Shown one piece after another: positions 1 through 8,673 of a stretch of DNA of 40,006 nt. A program made the translations under genes and the position numbers. The notes under the pieces were generated by a model that saw only the letters and a program-made list of their open reading frames with translations, was not told where the DNA came from and searched no databases. The stretch comes from a virus (taxonomy: Duplodnaviria; Heunggongvirae; Uroviricota; Caudoviricetes), in the IMG/VR virus record IMGVR_UViG_2568526473_000002, positions 1 through 40,006 of that record. One strand, 5' to 3'. The first letter of the stretch is position 1. Each line of letters opens with the position of its first letter.

Positions 1-1164
1 TTACGCCTTCTTTATATCCTCCATAATTCCAGAGTGGGACATATTTGGGACATTATCACCAAAAATGTCGTCTATTTTCCTCGCGTGCTCTGTCAAATGA
101 TTAGGCGCAAGGTGAGCATATCTACGAACCATTTCTATGGACTCCCATCCGCCCATTTCCTGAAGCACTGATAATGGGACGCCTGACTGAATCAGCCAGC
201 TTGCCCAGGTGTGTCTGAGGTCATGGAAACGGAAATCTTCAATTCCTGCACGACGACAAGCTGATAGCCATGATGTTTTGCTGTCGATGCGCATCTTCCT
301 GACCGCAGGCGTTGATGTTCCATCTGCTCGCTTAGCCGCCTTGGTATGTACAAACACCCATTTGTGATGCTTGCCTATTTGATCACGCAACACTTTACAG
401 GCGGTATCGTTCAGCGCCACACCAATAGCGCGGTTTGATTTGCTCTCTTCTGGATTCACCCAGGCAACTCGTCGCTGCATGTCGATTTGTTGCCATTCCA
501 GATTTATGATGTTCGACTTTCTCAGACCAGTTGCCAGCGCAAACTTGACGACAGATTTCAGTGGTTCGGGGCACTCATCAATAAGGCGTTTTGCTTCCTC
601 CTTTTCCAGCCATCTGACTCGCTTGTTTCTGACCGCTGGTATCTTGATGACAGGCGCTTTTTCCAGCCACTTCCAGTCGCGTTCTGCAGCACGGAGAATG
701 GCCTTTATCATGGCAAGATGCTTTGCCTTGGTCTGAGTTGATACTGGCTTTGGTTCATAAACAGGTGGTTCTTTACCTTTCCTTATGGCGGCCTGAACTT
801 TCTGTTTCCATATTTCTTTCGTCTTTCTGTTATGCATTCTGCTTACAGCAGAGTAAATCTTTGCCTCCGAGATATCTTTAAGCCTTATACCCTCAAAATG
901 TTCAAGCCAGAACTCAATCCGGCTTTTATCTGAATCGAGAGATTTTTTATCAGCTTTTTCCTCAAGCCATCTTAGGCAGGCCTCTTCAAAAGTGACATCA
1001 GGTAAATCCCCTAGCTTTTCTACTCGCCAGAGTTCTGCTTTTCGCTTGTCGTGCAACTCCTGAGCTTGCCGCTTGTCCTTTGTGCCAAGAGATTCCTTAA
1101 TTCGTTTCCCGCCCGGGAGCGAATACGAGGCATACCATATTTCATTTCTGCGGAAGAGTGACAT
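1..1164 (-). CDS. int: Tyrosine site-specific integrase (DLP12 IntD-like)
   Basis: 387-aa ORF; C-terminal catalytic signature [10 protein letters not shown] and MVRRYAHL (HxxR and Tyr nucleophile); first gene of the prophage. Confidence 0.93.
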   Translation of the reverse strand: MSLFRRNEIWYASYSLPGGKRIKESLGTKDKRQAQELHDKRKAELWRVEKLGDLPDVTFEEACLRWLEEKADKKSLDSDKSRIEFWLEHFEGIRLKDISEAKIYSAVSRMHNRKTKEIWKQKVQAAIRKGKEPPVYEPKPVSTQTKAKHLAMIKAILRAAERDWKWLEKAPVIKIPAVRNKRVRWLEKEEAKRLIDECPEPLKSVVKFALATGLRKSNIINLEWQQIDMQRRVAWVNPEESKSNRAIGVALNDTACKVLRDQIGKHHKWVFVHTKAAKRADGTSTPAVRKMRIDSKTSWLSACRRAGIEDFRFHDLRHTWASWLIQSGVPLSVLQEMGGWESIEMVRRYAHLAPNHLTEHARKIDDIFGDNVPNMSHSGIMEDIKKA

Positions 1165-1391
1165 TTTCTTTCCTCTGTTATGCCATCACCCGCGCTCACC
1201 TGGACAGTATGCAGCGGAGACTGAAGCGCCGCAATGCAGGCTTGCCGTGTTGTGAGGTAAGGAGATTTTGGCTTGGTTGGATCTTTACGTGTTGCCTGTA
1301 GGCGGCCTGTTCGTATCCAGTTGGTGGCGGTTGGTCTGGATATCTTAAGAAACTGACAGGCCTCATCGAGTGTGAGGCTGTATGATTCCAT
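1020..1391 (-). CDS. xis: Excisionase-like DNA-binding protein; start taken at internal Met (MESYSL), overlaps int
   Basis: Directly upstream of int on the same strand; text '[25 protein letters not shown]' looks like a winged-helix/HTH. Start codon is ambiguous. Confidence 0.55.
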   Translation of the reverse strand: MESYSLTLDEACQFLKISRPTATNWIRTGRLQATRKDPTKPKSPYLTTRQACIAALQSPLHTVQVSAGDGITEERKCHSSAEMKYGMPRIRSRAGNELRNLLAQRTSGKLRSCTTSEKQNSGE

Positions 1392-1641
1392 GGTTACCTC
1401 TGCTTTTTGAACGCATGTCACGTAACTTCTTAATGTGTTCTGCCGTTTCGATCTCTTCTGCTATCCGATCTGCATCAGCTTTATTCACAGGTTCAAAGTC
1501 ATGATTAAAGCGGAACATGCTGGCGATACATGTTCTGCCTTTTCGGATGTAGTGAACTTTGTTGTGGGTAGAACGCAGGATTTTGCAGGGAGTGCCGTGG
1601 TGGTCGACGTACCAGGTGTTAGGAAAAATGATTCTGAACAT
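1363..1641 (-). CDS. Hypothetical early-left protein (92 aa)
   Basis: ORF in the int-exo accessory block, co-oriented with neighbours; no recognised motif. Confidence 0.4.
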   Translation of the reverse strand: MFRIIFPNTWYVDHHGTPCKILRSTHNKVHYIRKGRTCIASMFRFNHDFEPVNKADADRIAEEIETAEHIKKLRDMRSKSRGNHGIIQPHTR

Positions 1642-1688
1642 TTTTACACCTCAGTTGGACGATGTTGAAATTTGCTGCTTTGAGGCCA

Positions 1689-1907
1689 TCACAGTCCCCA
1701 TTGTTTGTTCTTAAGTTCGATCTCCTCCTGGCAACTTGCACAAGTCCGACAACCCTGAACAGCCAGGCGTCTTCGCTCATCTATCGGATCGCCACACTCA
1801 CAACAATGAGTTGCGGATACAGTCTGGTAGTTCAGACGACGCATTTTTATTGCTGTATTGCGCTGTAATTCTTCGATTTCTGATGCTGAATCAATGATGT
1901 CTGCCAT
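1689..1907 (-). CDS. TraR/DksA-family C4 zinc-finger protein (lambda Orf73-like)
   Basis: 72 aa with CCECGDPI...CRTCASC four-cysteine motif typical of TraR-like RNAP-binding proteins; position matches the lambda b-region. Confidence 0.7.
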   Translation of the reverse strand: MADIIDSASEIEELQRNTAIKMRRLNYQTVSATHCCECGDPIDERRRLAVQGCRTCASCQEEIELKNKQWGL

Positions 1908-2005
1908 CTTTCATTAATCCCTGAATTGTTGGTTAATACGCTTGAGGGTAAATGCGAATAATAAAAAAGGAGCCTGTAGCTCCCTGATGATTTTGCTTTT
2001 CATGT

Positions 2006-2287
2006 TCACCGTTCCTTAAAGACGCCGTTCAACATGCCGATCGCCAGGCTTAAATGAGTCGGTGTGAATCCCATCAGCGTTACCGTTTCGCGGTGCTTCT
2101 TTAGTACGCTACGGCAAATGTCATCGACGTTTTTATCCGGAAACTGCTGTCTGGCTTTTTTGATTTCAGAATTAGCCTGACGGGCAATGCTGCGAAGGGC
2201 GTTTTCTTGCTGAGGTGTCACTGAACAAGCCCCATGTCGGCAAGCATAAGCACACAGAATATGAAGCCCGCTGCCAGAAAAATGCAT
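2006..2287 (-). CDS. Hypothetical protein (93 aa; true start may be internal)
   Basis: ORF co-oriented in the early-left operon; no motif recognised. Confidence 0.35.
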   Translation of the reverse strand: MHFSGSGLHILCAYACRHGACSVTPQQENALRSIARQANSEIKKARQQFPDKNVDDICRSVLKKHRETVTLMGFTPTHLSLAIGMLNGVFKER

Positions 2288-2297
2288 TCAGTGGTTG

Positions 2298-2489
2298 TCA
2301 TACCTGGTCTCTCTCATCTGCTTCTGCTTTCGCCACCATCATTTCCAGCTTTTGTGAAAGGGATGTGGCTAACGTATGAAATTCTTCGTCTGTTTCTACT
2401 GGTATTGGCACAAACCTGACTCCAATTTGAGCAAGGCTATGTGCCATCTCAATACTCGTTCTTAACTCAACAGGAGATGCTTTGTGCAT
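2298..2489 (-). CDS. Small early protein, lambda Orf63-like (63 aa)
   Basis: 63-aa ORF immediately upstream of exo in the lambda-like order; sequence recalled as similar to lambda orf63. Confidence 0.5.
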   Translation of the reverse strand: MHKASPVELRTSIEMAHSLAQIGVRFVPIPVETDEEFHTLATSLSQKLEMMVAKAEADERDQV

Positions 2490-2650
2490 ACCGCCTCCCG
2501 TTTATTATTTATCTTCTCAGCCAGCCGCTGTGCTTTCAGTGGATTTCTGATAACAGAAAGGCCGGGAAATACCCAGCCTCGCTTTGTAACGGAGTAGACG
2601 AAAGTGATCGCGCCTACGCGGATATTATCGTGAGGATGCGTCATCGCCAT
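2462..2650 (-). CDS. Small hypothetical protein (62 aa, lambda orf60a position)
   Basis: Short ORF abutting the exo start; position only. Confidence 0.3.
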   Translation of the reverse strand: MAMTHPHDNIRVGAITFVYSVTKRGWVFPGLSVIRNPLKAQRLAEKINNKREAVCTKHLLLS

Positions 2651-3321
2651 TGCTCCCCAAATACAAAACCAATTTCAGCCAGTGCCTCGTCCATTTTTTC
2701 GATGAACTCCGGCACCATCTCGTCAAAACTCGCCATGTACTTTTCATTCCGCTCAATCACGACATAATGCAGGCCTTCACGCTTCATGCGCGGGTCATAG
2801 TTGGCAAAGTACCAGGCATCTTTTCGCGTCACCCACATGCTGTACTGCACCTGGGCCATGTAAGCCGATTTTATTGCCTCGAAACCACCGAGCCGGAACT
2901 TCATGAAATCCCGGGAGGTAAACGGGCATTTCAGTTCAAGGCCGTTGCCGTCACTGCATAAACCATCGGGAGAGCAGGCGGTGCGCATACTTTCGTCGCG
3001 ATAGATGATCGGGGATTCAGTAACATTCACGCCGGAAGTGAATTCAAACAGGGTTCTGGCGTCATTCTCGTACTGTTTTCCCCAGGCCAGCGCCTTAGCA
3101 TTAACTTCCGGAGCCACACCGGTGCAAACCTCAGCCAGCAGGGTGTGGAAGTAGGACATTTTCATGTCAGGCCACTTCTTTCCTGAGCGGAGCTTTGCTA
3201 TCACGTTGTGAACTTCTGAAGCGGTGATGACGCCGAGCCGTAATTTGTGCCATGCATCATCCCCCTGTTCGACAGCTCTCACGTCGATCCCGGTACGCTG
3301 CAGGATAATGTCCGGTGTCAT
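2641..3321 (-). CDS. exo: Lambda exonuclease (Red-alpha), 226 aa
   Basis: Near-identical over full length to lambda Exo as recalled ([43 protein letters not shown]...). Confidence 0.95.
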   Translation of the reverse strand: MTPDIILQRTGIDVRAVEQGDDAWHKLRLGVITASEVHNVIAKLRSGKKWPDMKMSYFHTLLAEVCTGVAPEVNAKALAWGKQYENDARTLFEFTSGVNVTESPIIYRDESMRTACSPDGLCSDGNGLELKCPFTSRDFMKFRLGGFEAIKSAYMAQVQYSMWVTRKDAWYFANYDPRMKREGLHYVVIERNEKYMASFDEMVPEFIEKMDEALAEIGFVFGEQWR

Positions 3322-4103
3322 GCTGCCACCTTCTGCTCAGTGGCTTTCTGTTTCAGGAATCCAAGAACTTTCACTGCTTCGTCCTGTGTCAGTTCTGACG
3401 ATGCGCGAATGTCGCGGCGAAATATCTGGGAACAGAGCGGCAATAAGTCGTCATCCCATGTTTTATCCAGGGCGATCAGCAGAGTGTTAATCTCCTGCAT
3501 GGTTTCATCGTTAACCGGAGTGATGTCGCGTTCTGGCTGACGTTCTGCAGTGTATGCGGTATTTTCGACAATGCGCTCGGCTTCATCCTTGTCATAGATA
3601 CCAGCAAATCCGAAGGCCAGACGGGCACACTGAATCATGGCTTTATGCCGCAACATTCGTTTGGGATGCGACTGCCACGGTCCGGTGATTTCTCTGCCTT
3701 CGCGGGTTTTGAATGGTTCGCGGCGGCATTCATCCATCCATTCGGTAACGCAGATCGGATGATTACGGTCCTTGCGGTAAATCCGGCATGTACAGGATTC
3801 ATTGTCCTGCTCAAAGTCCATGCCATCAAACTGCTGGTTTTCATTGATGATGCGGGACCAGCCATCAACGCCCACCACCGGAACGATGCCGTTCTGCTTA
3901 TCAGGGAAGGCGTAAATTTCTTTCGTCCACGGATTAAGGCCGTATTGGTTGGCGACGATCAGCAATGCGATGAACTGCGCATCGCTGGCATCGCCTTTAA
4001 ATGCTGTCTGGCGAAGAGTGGTGATCAGTTCCTGTGGGTCGACAGAATCCATGCCGACACGTTCAGCCAGCTTCCCTGCCAGCGTTGCGAGTGCTGTACT
4101 CAT
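3318..4103 (-). CDS. bet: Lambda Bet (Red-beta) single-strand annealing protein, 261 aa
   Basis: Near-identical to lambda Bet as recalled ([66 protein letters not shown]...). Confidence 0.95.
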   Translation of the reverse strand: MSTALATLAGKLAERVGMDSVDPQELITTLRQTAFKGDASDAQFIALLIVANQYGLNPWTKEIYAFPDKQNGIVPVVGVDGWSRIINENQQFDGMDFEQDNESCTCRIYRKDRNHPICVTEWMDECRREPFKTREGREITGPWQSHPKRMLRHKAMIQCARLAFGFAGIYDKDEAERIVENTAYTAERQPERDITPVNDETMQEINTLLIALDKTWDDDLLPLCSQIFRRDIRASSELTQDEAVKVLGFLKQKATEQKVAA

Positions 4104-4108
4104 CCGTT

Positions 4109-4405
4109 TTATACCTCTGAATCAATATCAACCTGGTGGTGAGCAATGATTTCAACCATGTACCGGATGTGTTCTGCCATGCGCTCCTGAAACTCAACAT
4201 TGTCATCAAACGCACGGGTAATGGCTTTTTTGCTGGCCCCGTGGCGTTGCAAATGATCGATGCATAGCGATTCAAACAGGTGCTGGGGCAGGCCTTTTTC
4301 CATGTCGTCTGCCAGTTCTGCCTCTTTCTCTTCACGGGCGATCTGCTGGTAGTGACGCGCCCAGCTCTGAGCCTCAAGACGATCCTGAATGTAATAAGCG
4401 TTCAT
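4109..4405 (-). CDS. gam: Gam (RecBCD inhibitor), short 98-aa form
   Basis: Matches the C-terminal 98 aa of lambda Gam ([21 protein letters not shown]...[10 protein letters not shown]); the upstream in-frame extension diverges from lambda. Confidence 0.88.
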   Translation of the reverse strand: MNAYYIQDRLEAQSWARHYQQIAREEKEAELADDMEKGLPQHLFESLCIDHLQRHGASKKAITRAFDDNVEFQERMAEHIRYMVEIIAHHQVDIDSEV

Positions 4406-4481
4406 GGCTGAACTCCTGAAAATGGCTGTGAAAATATCGCCCGCGAAATGCCAGGCTGATTAGGAAAACAGGAAAGGGGGG

Positions 4482-4772
4482 TTAGTGATTCAGGCCGTTA
4501 CCGCGTCCGTCGAGAAAAACTTCTACGAGCAAATCACGGGTATAAGTGCACTCGATGCCGCGATGCAGATAAAGCCGTCCGCGTAAATTAGCTGATGCAG
4601 TCCAGGTACCATCTTTGTGTTTGACCAGCATTCCTGGCATGACCGCGCCGCGATTAACGGTCTGCGTTCCGTAATGTTGATGAACCATAAAAACTCCTGC
4701 CCGTAAGCTGGGCTGCTGAACATATAGAGACTTCTGCGCGTATTCAGGCGGTGGATGGCCGCCGGTTGTCAT
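4482..4772 (-). CDS. Hypothetical protein (96 aa) in the N position downstream of PL
   Basis: Only sizeable ORF between OL and gam on the leftward strand; no arginine-rich N-like motif, no recognised domain. Confidence 0.3.
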   Translation of the reverse strand: MTTGGHPPPEYAQKSLYVQQPSLRAGVFMVHQHYGTQTVNRGAVMPGMLVKHKDGTWTASANLRGRLYLHRGIECTYTRDLLVEVFLDGRGNGLNH

Positions 4773-4975
4773 AACTAAGCCGCCTCGTTGAAGCGACTAA
4801 GGTATGAAATGTTGAGTTAATTTCAGCTGGTCACACCGACGTTCACGCGTCCGTTTCACCCCTCGCACTCCCCGAAGCCTGCTGAAATTCAAACTGCGGA
4901 TCTAAGCGGTCATCGCAACGGTGAAGCGGGTGAACTGGTGGTTGCCCCATCGCTGTGTCGTTGCGATGGAATGAT

Positions 4976-5053
4976 AATAGCTATTGCTATTGGGTATATC
5001 AATACGTATTGTTATTGCTTGATGCGATTGGTTATTAAATCATTGATAGCAAA
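4976..5053. promoter_or_regulatory. Putative OL/PL operator-promoter cluster
   Basis: Repeated TTGCTAT/ATAGCAA-containing motifs (tagctattgctattggg, attgttattgctt, tgatagcaaa) mirroring the cI-cro intergenic operators; located where lambda has OL. Confidence 0.45.
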
Positions 5054-5140
5054 AAGAATTTATTTTGTGGTTTGCATCGCGTAGCGATAGCTGAAGTGAG
5101 ATTGTGGTTGTTTTTTAGACGTTGAGTGTGTTGGGGAAGG

Positions 5141-5170
5141 GGGGAAGAAAACCCGGCGCGGTGGCCGGGT
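5141..5170 (-). terminator. Rho-independent terminator ending the cI operon
   Basis: 7-bp GC stem acccggc/gccgggt (5151-5157 / 5164-5170) with 6-nt loop, followed on the minus strand by a U-rich tract (complement of ggggaagaaaa); abuts the stop of ORF 5170..5562. Confidence 0.55.
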
Positions 5171-5562
5171 TATGGTTTTTTCATGTATAAATTTACGAGC
5201 AAAGTTATGACTGGCATTGCAACGGATAAGAGAAGAATTCCGAGCATCCAAGCCTTTAAATTACCTGTTTTTACTTCGACAAAATCCTTACTTGCTTTAT
5301 GAGATAACTTTTCGTCAATATCTACAAGTTTTTGAAGTATCGTAGAAACATCAGTTTTTATAGAAGAGGTAATTTTTGTCAGCTCTCTCACATCCGCGCG
5401 AGTTTCCGCTAAGTTTATCTTGATGTTTTCAACGTCGGCTTCAAGTTTTGCAACTCTGACCTCGAGCATGCCATTCCCTCCACCATCACTACCACCGTTT
5501 TTATGGTTATTTCTATCATCCCCCTCAGGGAAAAGAGGTGCAATATTATCAAAAGGATTCAT
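5170..5562 (-). CDS. Coiled-coil protein with single C-terminal transmembrane helix (130 aa); RexB-position gene
   Basis: Hydrophobic C-terminus AWMLGILLLSVAMPVITLLVNLY; heptad-like central region; AT-rich codon usage; last gene of the cI operon. Confidence 0.6.
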   Translation of the reverse strand: MNPFDNIAPLFPEGDDRNNHKNGGSDGGGNGMLEVRVAKLEADVENIKINLAETRADVRELTKITSSIKTDVSTILQKLVDIDEKLSHKASKDFVEVKTGNLKAWMLGILLLSVAMPVITLLVNLYMKKP

Positions 5563-5582
5563 TTATTCTGGCCCGGATGTCA

Positions 5583-5981
5583 TTATTGGTCAACTTCGTT
5601 ATTCTTTAGCCAGTAGAAAACAAGCCATGCCAAATAACTTGTAACGAATCCGCAATGTTTGCATATCACTCTAAACTCATAATCCATTAAGTTTTCTTTT
5701 GTCATATTCCATTGCTCATTACTATGTGGAGCATCAACCTTGTAAAGCCTTAAAACAGTATATTTTTCAATATTATTAAGATCTGTTTTCCCTTCCTTGC
5801 TGTTGAATTTATCCCAATGCCAGTCTTGCACTGCTATAAGTTCAGCCTTACCGCAAGATAAGCAGTTATGATTTGCCCCAACATGCTTTAAATATGCAGA
5901 AAATTGAGCGGTTGTAATATTTTTCACTTTATTATGAAAATCAGATACTTCATCACTTACAGATTTGTCATCATTACTCAT
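5583..5981 (-). CDS. Zinc-ribbon protein with two CxxC pairs (132 aa); RexA-position gene
   Basis: CLSCGK and CKHCGF motifs; 20-nt gap to the downstream gene and 75-nt gap after cI, consistent with an operon; AT-rich. Confidence 0.6.
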   Translation of the reverse strand: MSNDDKSVSDEVSDFHNKVKNITTAQFSAYLKHVGANHNCLSCGKAELIAVQDWHWDKFNSKEGKTDLNNIEKYTVLRLYKVDAPHSNEQWNMTKENLMDYEFRVICKHCGFVTSYLAWLVFYWLKNNEVDQ

Positions 5982-6056
5982 TTTTGGTGCCTTATATCAA
6001 GTGATGCGTGGAGTTAATCAGGGTGCAGGTATTCATGAATATAAATAGCAAGATTT

Positions 6057-6749
6057 TTATCCATGCTTCCTGTACGTCTGCGGCATGCTCCCGATGACTT
6101 TCCCGAAGATGAACACTCGGTTCATCTCGTCTTTCTCGATCGGGTCCCACGGTGAGTAGCTCTTGTTATCAGAGATAACCAGCAGCTTATCCTTCATCAT
6201 TTGCAGACGTTTTACATGAGCGGTTTCGTCGTAGAGGAACGCATAAATCCCATCGCCGTCGAACGATTTGACGCTGATATCGACGAACAGCAGGTCACCT
6301 GGTTCGATCGTTCCTGACATGCTGTCGCCACGCACGTTAATGATGCGGATGTTTTCTGCTTTGCGGCCATCAAACATGTGACGCGCATCATCATGGGAGT
6401 ACTCAACCGATCGCAAAACTTCAACGAACTCACGGTTAATGACGCCTGGCCCTGCACTTACTTCCATATCAAGAACGTCAATCTTGAAGTATTTGGAAGA
6501 GCAGGTCGCCGGTTTTCCTGGCTGAACGCCATTATCCCTCATAGGGCCTATGCCTGAGGAAAGCCATTCAGTGCGAACCCCAAGTGCATTAGCGATTTCG
6601 ACAATTCTTGTAGATCCGCGTGCATTGCCGCTTGTCAGTCTCCAGATTGTGGGTTGAGCTACACCAGACGCCTTTGCAAGAGCGCCTTGAGACATTCCAG
6701 ATTGTTCCATCGCTAGGTTTAAGCGATCAGCAAGAGTTTCTTTTTTCAT
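6057..6749 (-). CDS. cI: CI-type prophage repressor (HTH plus LexA-like S24 autopeptidase domain)
   Basis: N-terminal HTH (MSQGALAKASGVAQPTIWRL); C-terminal GDSMSG Ser nucleophile and VKRL Lys of the S24 family; start taken at ATG 6749 (MKKETL), not the TTG at 6785. Confidence 0.88.
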   Translation of the reverse strand: MKKETLADRLNLAMEQSGMSQGALAKASGVAQPTIWRLTSGNARGSTRIVEIANALGVRTEWLSSGIGPMRDNGVQPGKPATCSSKYFKIDVLDMEVSAGPGVINREFVEVLRSVEYSHDDARHMFDGRKAENIRIINVRGDSMSGTIEPGDLLFVDISVKSFDGDGIYAFLYDETAHVKRLQMMKDKLLVISDNKSYSPWDPIEKDEMNRVFIFGKVIGSMPQTYRKHG

Positions 6750-6789
6750 AAGTTTTAATTTATACGCTTGCGTATCGATGGTCAAAACA

Positions 6790-6850
6790 CGTTTTGCTAT
6801 TGCTATGGTTAATACGCATTGCTATTATTTGTTCGTTGCAATACCAATAG
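6790..6850. promoter_or_regulatory. Putative OR operators with PRM/PR between cI and cro
   Basis: Divergent cI/cro intergenic region with repeated TTGCTAT motifs (ttttgctattgctatgg, cattgctatta, cgttgcaatac). Confidence 0.5.
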
Positions 6851-6859
6851 GAATTGATA

Positions 6860-7087
6860 ATGACAAATCAAACCATTCAACTCGCAATCAGTATTACAGG
6901 TAGTCAAAAACGACTGGCAGATCTATGCGGTGTAGCCCAACCCACTGTTTGGCGTTGGCTACACGGTGGCGGAATTGATGCCCGCTATGTAATGAAAATT
7001 GTCTCAGCCACTGGTGGAAAGATTAAACCAGCAGATATTCGTCCCGACCTCGCACCATTGTTTAACGCGAGTAATTCTGCCGCCTAA
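6860..7087 (+). CDS. cro: Cro-like HTH regulator
   Basis: Small HTH protein (LADLCGVAQPTVWRWL) divergent from cI; start taken at ATG 6860. Confidence 0.7.
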   Translation: MTNQTIQLAISITGSQKRLADLCGVAQPTVWRWLHGGGIDARYVMKIVSATGGKIKPADIRPDLAPLFNASNSAA

Positions 7088-7111
7088 ACTGCGGCGTTAA
7101 CTGATAAGGCA

Positions 7112-7657
7112 ATGACTATGCAACCACTTACATACCAACAGACTAGCGGATTTAGCCCGACTGCGGTGATAAATCGTTCTCAAACAAAACAAGCTCCAGG
7201 CCACGAAAAAATCCGTGATGCCGTCCGCGCCTGGTCGGCTGCAGATAATCAGGATGTTGTTGCCGCACTCATTGTGAATGAGTATCGGGAGCAGGGCGGC
7301 GGCACCATCGATTTCCCTGATGATGTCAGCCGTGCACGCCAGAAGCTGTTCCGCTTCCTCGATAACAAATTCGATTCTGAAAAATACCGAAATAACGTGC
7401 GTGAACTGACCCCGGCAATTCTGGCGGTACTACCGCTGGAATATCGCGGTTACCTGGTTGAGCAGGATAGCTTTATGGCTAGGTTGGCTGAAATGGAAAA
7501 GGAACTCAGTGAGGCAAAACAGGCTGTCATTCTCAACGCACCACGCCACCAGAAACTTAAGGAAATTAGTGAAGGTATTGTGTCGATGTTTCGTGTGGAC
7601 CCGGATCTGGCTGGTCCACTGATGGCGATGGTCACCACCATGCTGGGGGCAATATGA
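7112..7657 (+). CDS. cII-position regulatory protein, possibly YdaT-like (181 aa)
   Basis: Occupies the cII slot between cro and O; larger than canonical cII; family assignment is tentative. Confidence 0.45.
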   Translation: MTMQPLTYQQTSGFSPTAVINRSQTKQAPGHEKIRDAVRAWSAADNQDVVAALIVNEYREQGGGTIDFPDDVSRARQKLFRFLDNKFDSEKYRNNVRELTPAILAVLPLEYRGYLVEQDSFMARLAEMEKELSEAKQAVILNAPRHQKLKEISEGIVSMFRVDPDLAGPLMAMVTTMLGAI

Positions 7658-8673
7658 CAGGTTCAGAAATGGCGAAAGCCGGTCTGCTGGAACAGAACCG
7701 ACTTTCAGGTGCAAATCGTAACACACTCATTGCGGGAGGAATTATGGCAAACACTGCTGAGATATTCAATTTTCCAGTGCCGGATGTGGCACAAAAGGAG
7801 CCGCGCGTGGCAGATCTCGATGATGGTTATACGCGCATTGCTAATGAGTTGCTGGAAGCTGTGATGCTGGCCGGATTAACACAGCACCAGCTTCTGGTCT
7901 TCCTGGCTGTCATGCGCAAAACATATGGCTTTAATAAAAAACTGGATTGGGTGAGCAACGAGCAACTTTCCGAGTTAACCGGGATATTGCCGCACAAGTG
8001 TTCTGCTGCAAAAAGCGTTCTGGTAAAGCGTGGGATTTTAATTCAGAGCGGGCGGAATATCGGCATCAATAATGTGGTCAGTGAATGGTCAACATTACCC
8101 GAATTGGGTAAGAAAAATAAAGTTTACCTGAAAGAGGTAAATTTACCTGAATCAGGTAAGAAAAGTTTACCTAAATCAGGTAAAGGCGTTTACCCGAATC
8201 AGGTAAACACAAAAGACAAACTAACAAAAGACAATATAAAACCTTTTTCGTCCGAGAATTCTGGCGAATCCTCTGACCAGCCAGAAAACGATCTTCCTGT
8301 GGAGAAACCGAATGCTGCAATTCAGAGCGGCAGCAAGTGGGGGACAGCAGAAGACCTGACCGCCGCAGAGTGGATGTTTGACATGGTGAAGACCATCGCG
8401 CCATCAGCCAGAAAACCGAATTTTGCAGGGTGGGCTAACGATATCCGCCTGATGCGCGAACGTGACGGACGTAACCACCGCGACATGTGCGTGCTGTTCC
8501 GCTGGGCATGCCAGGACAACTTCTGGTCCGGTAACGTGCTAAGTCCGGCCAAACTCCGCGATAAGTGGACCCAACTCGAAATCAACCGTAACAAGCAACA
8601 GGCTGGCGTGACAGCCGGCAAACCAAAATTCGACCTGACGAACACTGACTGGATTTACGGGGTGGAGCTATGA
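7654..8673 (+). CDS. O: Replication initiator O (lambda O-like, 339 aa)
   Basis: C-terminal about 100 aa near-identical to lambda O as recalled (LTAAEWMFDMV...PNFAGWANDIRLMRE...RDMCVLFRWACQD...NTDWIYGVEL); iterons embedded in the gene. Confidence 0.9.
   Translation: MTGSEMAKAGLLEQNRLSGANRNTLIAGGIMANTAEIFNFPVPDVAQKEPRVADLDDGYTRIANELLEAVMLAGLTQHQLLVFLAVMRKTYGFNKKLDWVSNEQLSELTGILPHKCSAAKSVLVKRGILIQSGRNIGINNVVSEWSTLPELGKKNKVYLKEVNLPESGKKSLPKSGKGVYPNQVNTKDKLTKDNIKPFSSENSGESSDQPENDLPVEKPNAAIQSGSKWGTAEDLTAAEWMFDMVKTIAPSARKPNFAGWANDIRLMRERDGRNHRDMCVLFRWACQDNFWSGNVLSPAKLRDKWTQLEINRNKQQAGVTAGKPKFDLTNTDWIYGVEL
8123..8207. repeat. Origin of replication iterons (four about 19-bp repeats TTTACCNGAAYNAGGTAAA)
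   Basis: Direct tandem repeats at 8123-8141, 8142-8160, 8166-8184 and 8189-8207, each internally palindromic, inside the O gene as in lambda ori. Confidence 0.75.

Noticed and set aside
440-741. Plus-strand ORFs (98 and 84 aa) inside the integrase gene
   Set aside because: Antisense to and fully embedded in the well-supported int reading frame; no RBS or motif. Treated as spurious.
4063-4377. 104-aa arginine-rich ORF that could be mistaken for an N-like antiterminator
   Set aside because: Lies in an alternative frame entirely within the gam coding region; the basic composition is a translation artefact.
4931-4942. Possible Chi site near the PL leader (ctggtgg)
   Set aside because: The octamer is actggtgg, not the canonical GCTGGTGG.
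8123-8207. Tandem direct repeats that might suggest a CRISPR array
   Set aside because: Only four adjacent about 19-bp repeats with almost no spacers, inside the O gene; this is the ori iteron pattern, not repeat-spacer architecture.
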